From NCBI GenBank assembly GCA_044222475.1, contig JBGANF010000010.1, positions 43,244 to 107,243 on the forward strand: a stretch of DNA of 64,000 nt, given 5' to 3'. This document shows, in pieces, positions 61,266 to 64,000 of the stretch (the first letter of the stretch is position 1; every line of letters starts with the position of its first letter). This stretch comes from Polyangiaceae bacterium. Its GTDB lineage: Bacteria; Myxococcota_A; Polyangia; Polyangiales; Polyangiaceae. The notes beneath the pieces are model-generated. The model ran no database searches. It was given only the letters and a program-made list of their open reading frames with translations, and was not told the origin of the DNA. The translations under genes and the position numbers were made by a program.

Positions 61266-63788
61266 GTGAACCGCAGATTGCTCACCTTGATGAGTGCGCT
61301 CTCGATGGCTCTGCTGCTCACCATTCTCGGTGCTGCGTGCGGCAGCGTCGAACAAACACTGCCGTGCGCCACCGGCTCGGCACGTTGCGGTGATTCTTGC
61401 GCGGTGATCGATCGCGATCCGAACAACTGCGGCGCTTGTGGCAACCACTGCAGCGCCGGACTGCTCTGCGACAATGGCGCCTGCTCGGCAAGATGCGGTT
61501 CCGGTGCGACAGACTGCTCTGGCCGGTGCCTGGACCTTCGCGCCGATCCCAAGAATTGCGGCGCCTGCGGGAAGTCCTGCGGACAAGGCGACGTGTGCAA
61601 TGACGGCCAGTGCCTCGCGAACTGTCCCGTGGGTCTCACGACCTGCAAGTCAGCAGCGGATGGCGGCGGCGACAATTATTGCGCGAACGTCGGTAGCGAC
61701 AACGCGAACTGCGGGTCATGCGGCAAGTCGTGCAGCACGGGCGCCGCATGTATTGGCGCTGCCTGTCGCTACTGCACGGAGTCGTTGCTCCTCCCGAGCG
61801 TCCAAGAAGCCGCCCCGGGCATCTATCCAAGTGAGTTGATTCACGCTGACTTCGACCAAGACGGCAAGATGGATCTCGCCGCCGCGACGAACAGCAGCGG
61901 CGTCGTCGTCGTGTTGGGAAAGGGGAACGGAACGTTCACGGTCATGTCGTCCGGCAGTACACACATCGACAGTCTCGCCGCGGGAGATTTCGACGGCGAC
62001 GGGCGGCTCGATCTCGCGGCGGTCGGCGGCTCCGCGCTCCTGATGTACCGCGGAGCGGGAGATGGGTCCTTCGCAGCCCCCAAACCGCTCGGGGGGTACG
62101 TCAACGGCCCCGCCAAGCGGATGCGCGCGACGGACCTCGACGGGGACGGCTTCCTCGACATCCTCCTCGTGGAGCAGTTCCGAGTGTCGGTGTTCTACGG
62201 CACGGGCACGCTGGCGTTGGATCGGGTCGACCTGTATTCACCGCTCGGAACAGCCTCCGCCGCCACTGCCGACTTCGACGGCGATGGACACGTGGACGTG
62301 GCGGTTTCAATCGGGACCGCGAATGCCAACGTAACGGTCTACCACTCGGACGGAGCCCGCGGCTTCACTCCGATGACGACGCTGCCAACGGTCGCCGGGT
62401 ACCCCGCAGCCCTCGCCGTCGCCGATTTCAACAAGGACGGCAAGTCCGACCTCGCCGTCGCCGACAGCGCTTCCGCCAGATTGAGCGTCTGGCTCGGAAA
62501 CGGTGATGGCACCTTCCTGGCAAAGCCGCCCACCGTCGGTGTCGCTCCGGTGGCATTGGACACATCTGACTTCGATGGCGACGGCCAAGTCGACGTGGTC
62601 GCAGTGAATGGTCAGCAGTCAGGCGACGCTACCATCTTACTCGGTTCGGGTGACGGCACGTTCACGCCGGGGCCACGCATCCCCACCGGCTTCGCGTCGG
62701 ATGTCACCGCCACCGACGTCGATGGAGATACCCGCCCCGATCTCGCGTTCGCATCGACCCGGTCACTCGTCGTCGTGCTCAACGGACCGAACACCGTGTT
62801 TCGGACGCCGAGCAAGGTGATCGACACGTCGCCGCGTTCGCTCCGCGCTTTGGATTTCGACGGCGACGGCATCCTCGATCTGGGTTCCGAGCGCGGGATC
62901 CAGCTCGGCAAAGGTGACGGCACGTTTGGACCCCTGGGCGATCCAGGAATGTTTGCGATCGCACTTGTTTTCGGCGACCTCGACGGTGACAGCAAGATGG
63001 ACTGGGTTGGACTTCAAGCTGGCAACTCCGTCGTTACGACTCGCGGGGATGGCAAAGGCGGTCATGGCGCCGTGACCACGGTTCCCGTCGGCTTCACCCC
63101 GGAACACGGCGCGCTGGGTGACGTCGACGGTGACTCTCACCCGGACCTCGTCCTCGTGGCCGCCAATCGTGCCTATGTCCTCTTGGGGAATGGTGCAGGT
63201 GGATTCGGGGCGCCCATCCAGGGAAATGAGACGTTCAATTACGCCTCGTCTGTAGCCGTGGCGGACGTCGACCTCGACGGCAAGGGCGACGTACTCGTAG
63301 GTGTCGGCTCAAATGCCGTCGCCGTCATGAAAGGCGGAACCGGAGGCATCCTCGGCGCGTCGACGAGCTTGCCGATCGGAACGCTTCCTTTGGGAGTCAC
63401 TGCGATCGACGTCGACGGGGATGCGAAAGTCGACATCCTGACCGGGAACGTCGACGGCACCGTCAGTATTCTCCGCGGAAAGGGTGGCGGCGCGTTCGCA
63501 GCACCGATCAGCCTGTCGACGGGCTCCGATTCGGAGAGCATCGCGTTCGGCGACGTCGATGGCGACGGCAAGGGCGATGTCGTCGTCGGAGTCCAAAGCG
63601 GTGCCGTCGTCTTCTCGGGAAACAGTGCCGGTGGCTTCGGCGGGCCACAGGTATTCGTCGCGTTTGGGACCGGATACAGGCCGCCGGTCGCGATCGGAGA
63701 TTTCGACAAGGACGGGCGAACGGACGTCGCGGTCGGGCAAAGCCTCCTGCTGAACCGCGGAGGCGTGGCCTGCGGGCTCGCGAACTGA
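61266..63788 (+). CDS. Lipoprotein with Cys-rich (D..NCGACG..C) repeats and many FG-GAP/VCBS repeats
   Basis: Lipobox GAAC; three NCG[AS]CG repeats; repeated D-[FLV]-D-G-D-G-x-x-D and GxGDGxF motifs. Confidence 0.88.
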   Translation: MNRRLLTLMSALSMALLLTILGAACGSVEQTLPCATGSARCGDSCAVIDRDPNNCGACGNHCSAGLLCDNGACSARCGSGATDCSGRCLDLRADPKNCGACGKSCGQGDVCNDGQCLANCPVGLTTCKSAADGGGDNYCANVGSDNANCGSCGKSCSTGAACIGAACRYCTESLLLPSVQEAAPGIYPSELIHADFDQDGKMDLAAATNSSGVVVVLGKGNGTFTVMSSGSTHIDSLAAGDFDGDGRLDLAAVGGSALLMYRGAGDGSFAAPKPLGGYVNGPAKRMRATDLDGDGFLDILLVEQFRVSVFYGTGTLALDRVDLYSPLGTASAATADFDGDGHVDVAVSIGTANANVTVYHSDGARGFTPMTTLPTVAGYPAALAVADFNKDGKSDLAVADSASARLSVWLGNGDGTFLAKPPTVGVAPVALDTSDFDGDGQVDVVAVNGQQSGDATILLGSGDGTFTPGPRIPTGFASDVTATDVDGDTRPDLAFASTRSLVVVLNGPNTVFRTPSKVIDTSPRSLRALDFDGDGILDLGSERGIQLGKGDGTFGPLGDPGMFAIALVFGDLDGDSKMDWVGLQAGNSVVTTRGDGKGGHGAVTTVPVGFTPEHGALGDVDGDSHPDLVLVAANRAYVLLGNGAGGFGAPIQGNETFNYASSVAVADVDLDGKGDVLVGVGSNAVAVMKGGTGGILGASTSLPIGTLPLGVTAIDVDGDAKVDILTGNVDGTVSILRGKGGGAFAAPISLSTGSDSESIAFGDVDGDGKGDVVVGVQSGAVVFSGNSAGGFGGPQVFVAFGTGYRPPVAIGDFDKDGRTDVAVGQSLLLNRGGVACGLAN

Positions 63789-63833
63789 TCAGGCGCCGCG
63801 ACAGACCTAGGGGCCGCGTGCGAGGCTCTGTCG

Positions 63834-64000
63834 ATGGATCCCATCGCAGTCGTACTCTGCGGCGTCGGCGCGGTGCTCGCATTCAGCGGCCACTCCGGCG
63901 GCCCGATCGGGTGGCTCCTCCTCGCGGCCGCGTTCTACGGCCTGTGTCGCGCGCTCGGGTCGCGCGCCGCGCCCTGGCTGCTCGGCGCGATCGCGCTCGC
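63834..64000 (+). CDS. N-terminus of a membrane protein, truncated by the window end
   Basis: ATG 63834 opens a hydrophobic frame (MDPIAVVLCGVGAVLAF...) that runs off the end. Confidence 0.45.
   Translation, partial: MDPIAVVLCGVGAVLAFSGHSGGPIGWLLLAAAFYGLCRALGSRAAPWLLGAIAL

Overview
High-GC chromosomal window, most likely from a myxobacterium (Myxococcota, Polyangiales-like). This is inferred from four eukaryote-like Ser/Thr kinases, Cys-rich lipoproteins, tandem multi-DsbA proteins, a GltC-like gliding TPR protein and several sigma54-type promoters. It holds about 58 CDS and one tRNA-Ala(CGC). Recognisable genes are pilT, a PBP1A, pgeF, cystathionine beta-synthase, aspartate kinase, Lrp-gltB-gltD and a plant-type threonine synthase; many others encode uncharacterised envelope proteins. 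I found no transposase, integrase, prophage, rRNA or CRISPR array, but three families of long intergenic hairpin elements are present. The best leads are: (1) an exported Cys-containing uORF ending in RPPRS, followed by an alternative-pairing leader, upstream of two triple-DsbA genes (candidate disulfide-monitoring arrest peptide); (2) a sigma54-driven operon of two disulfide-solenoid lipoproteins, a TPR/PEGA-like protein and a membrane kinase (candidate trans-envelope signalling module); (3) an orphan fliO plus signal-peptide-bearing sctR pair; (4) apparently widespread leaderless transcription; (5) a candidate structured ncRNA near 48.9-49.2 kb. All calls come from motif recognition by eye; no database search was run.
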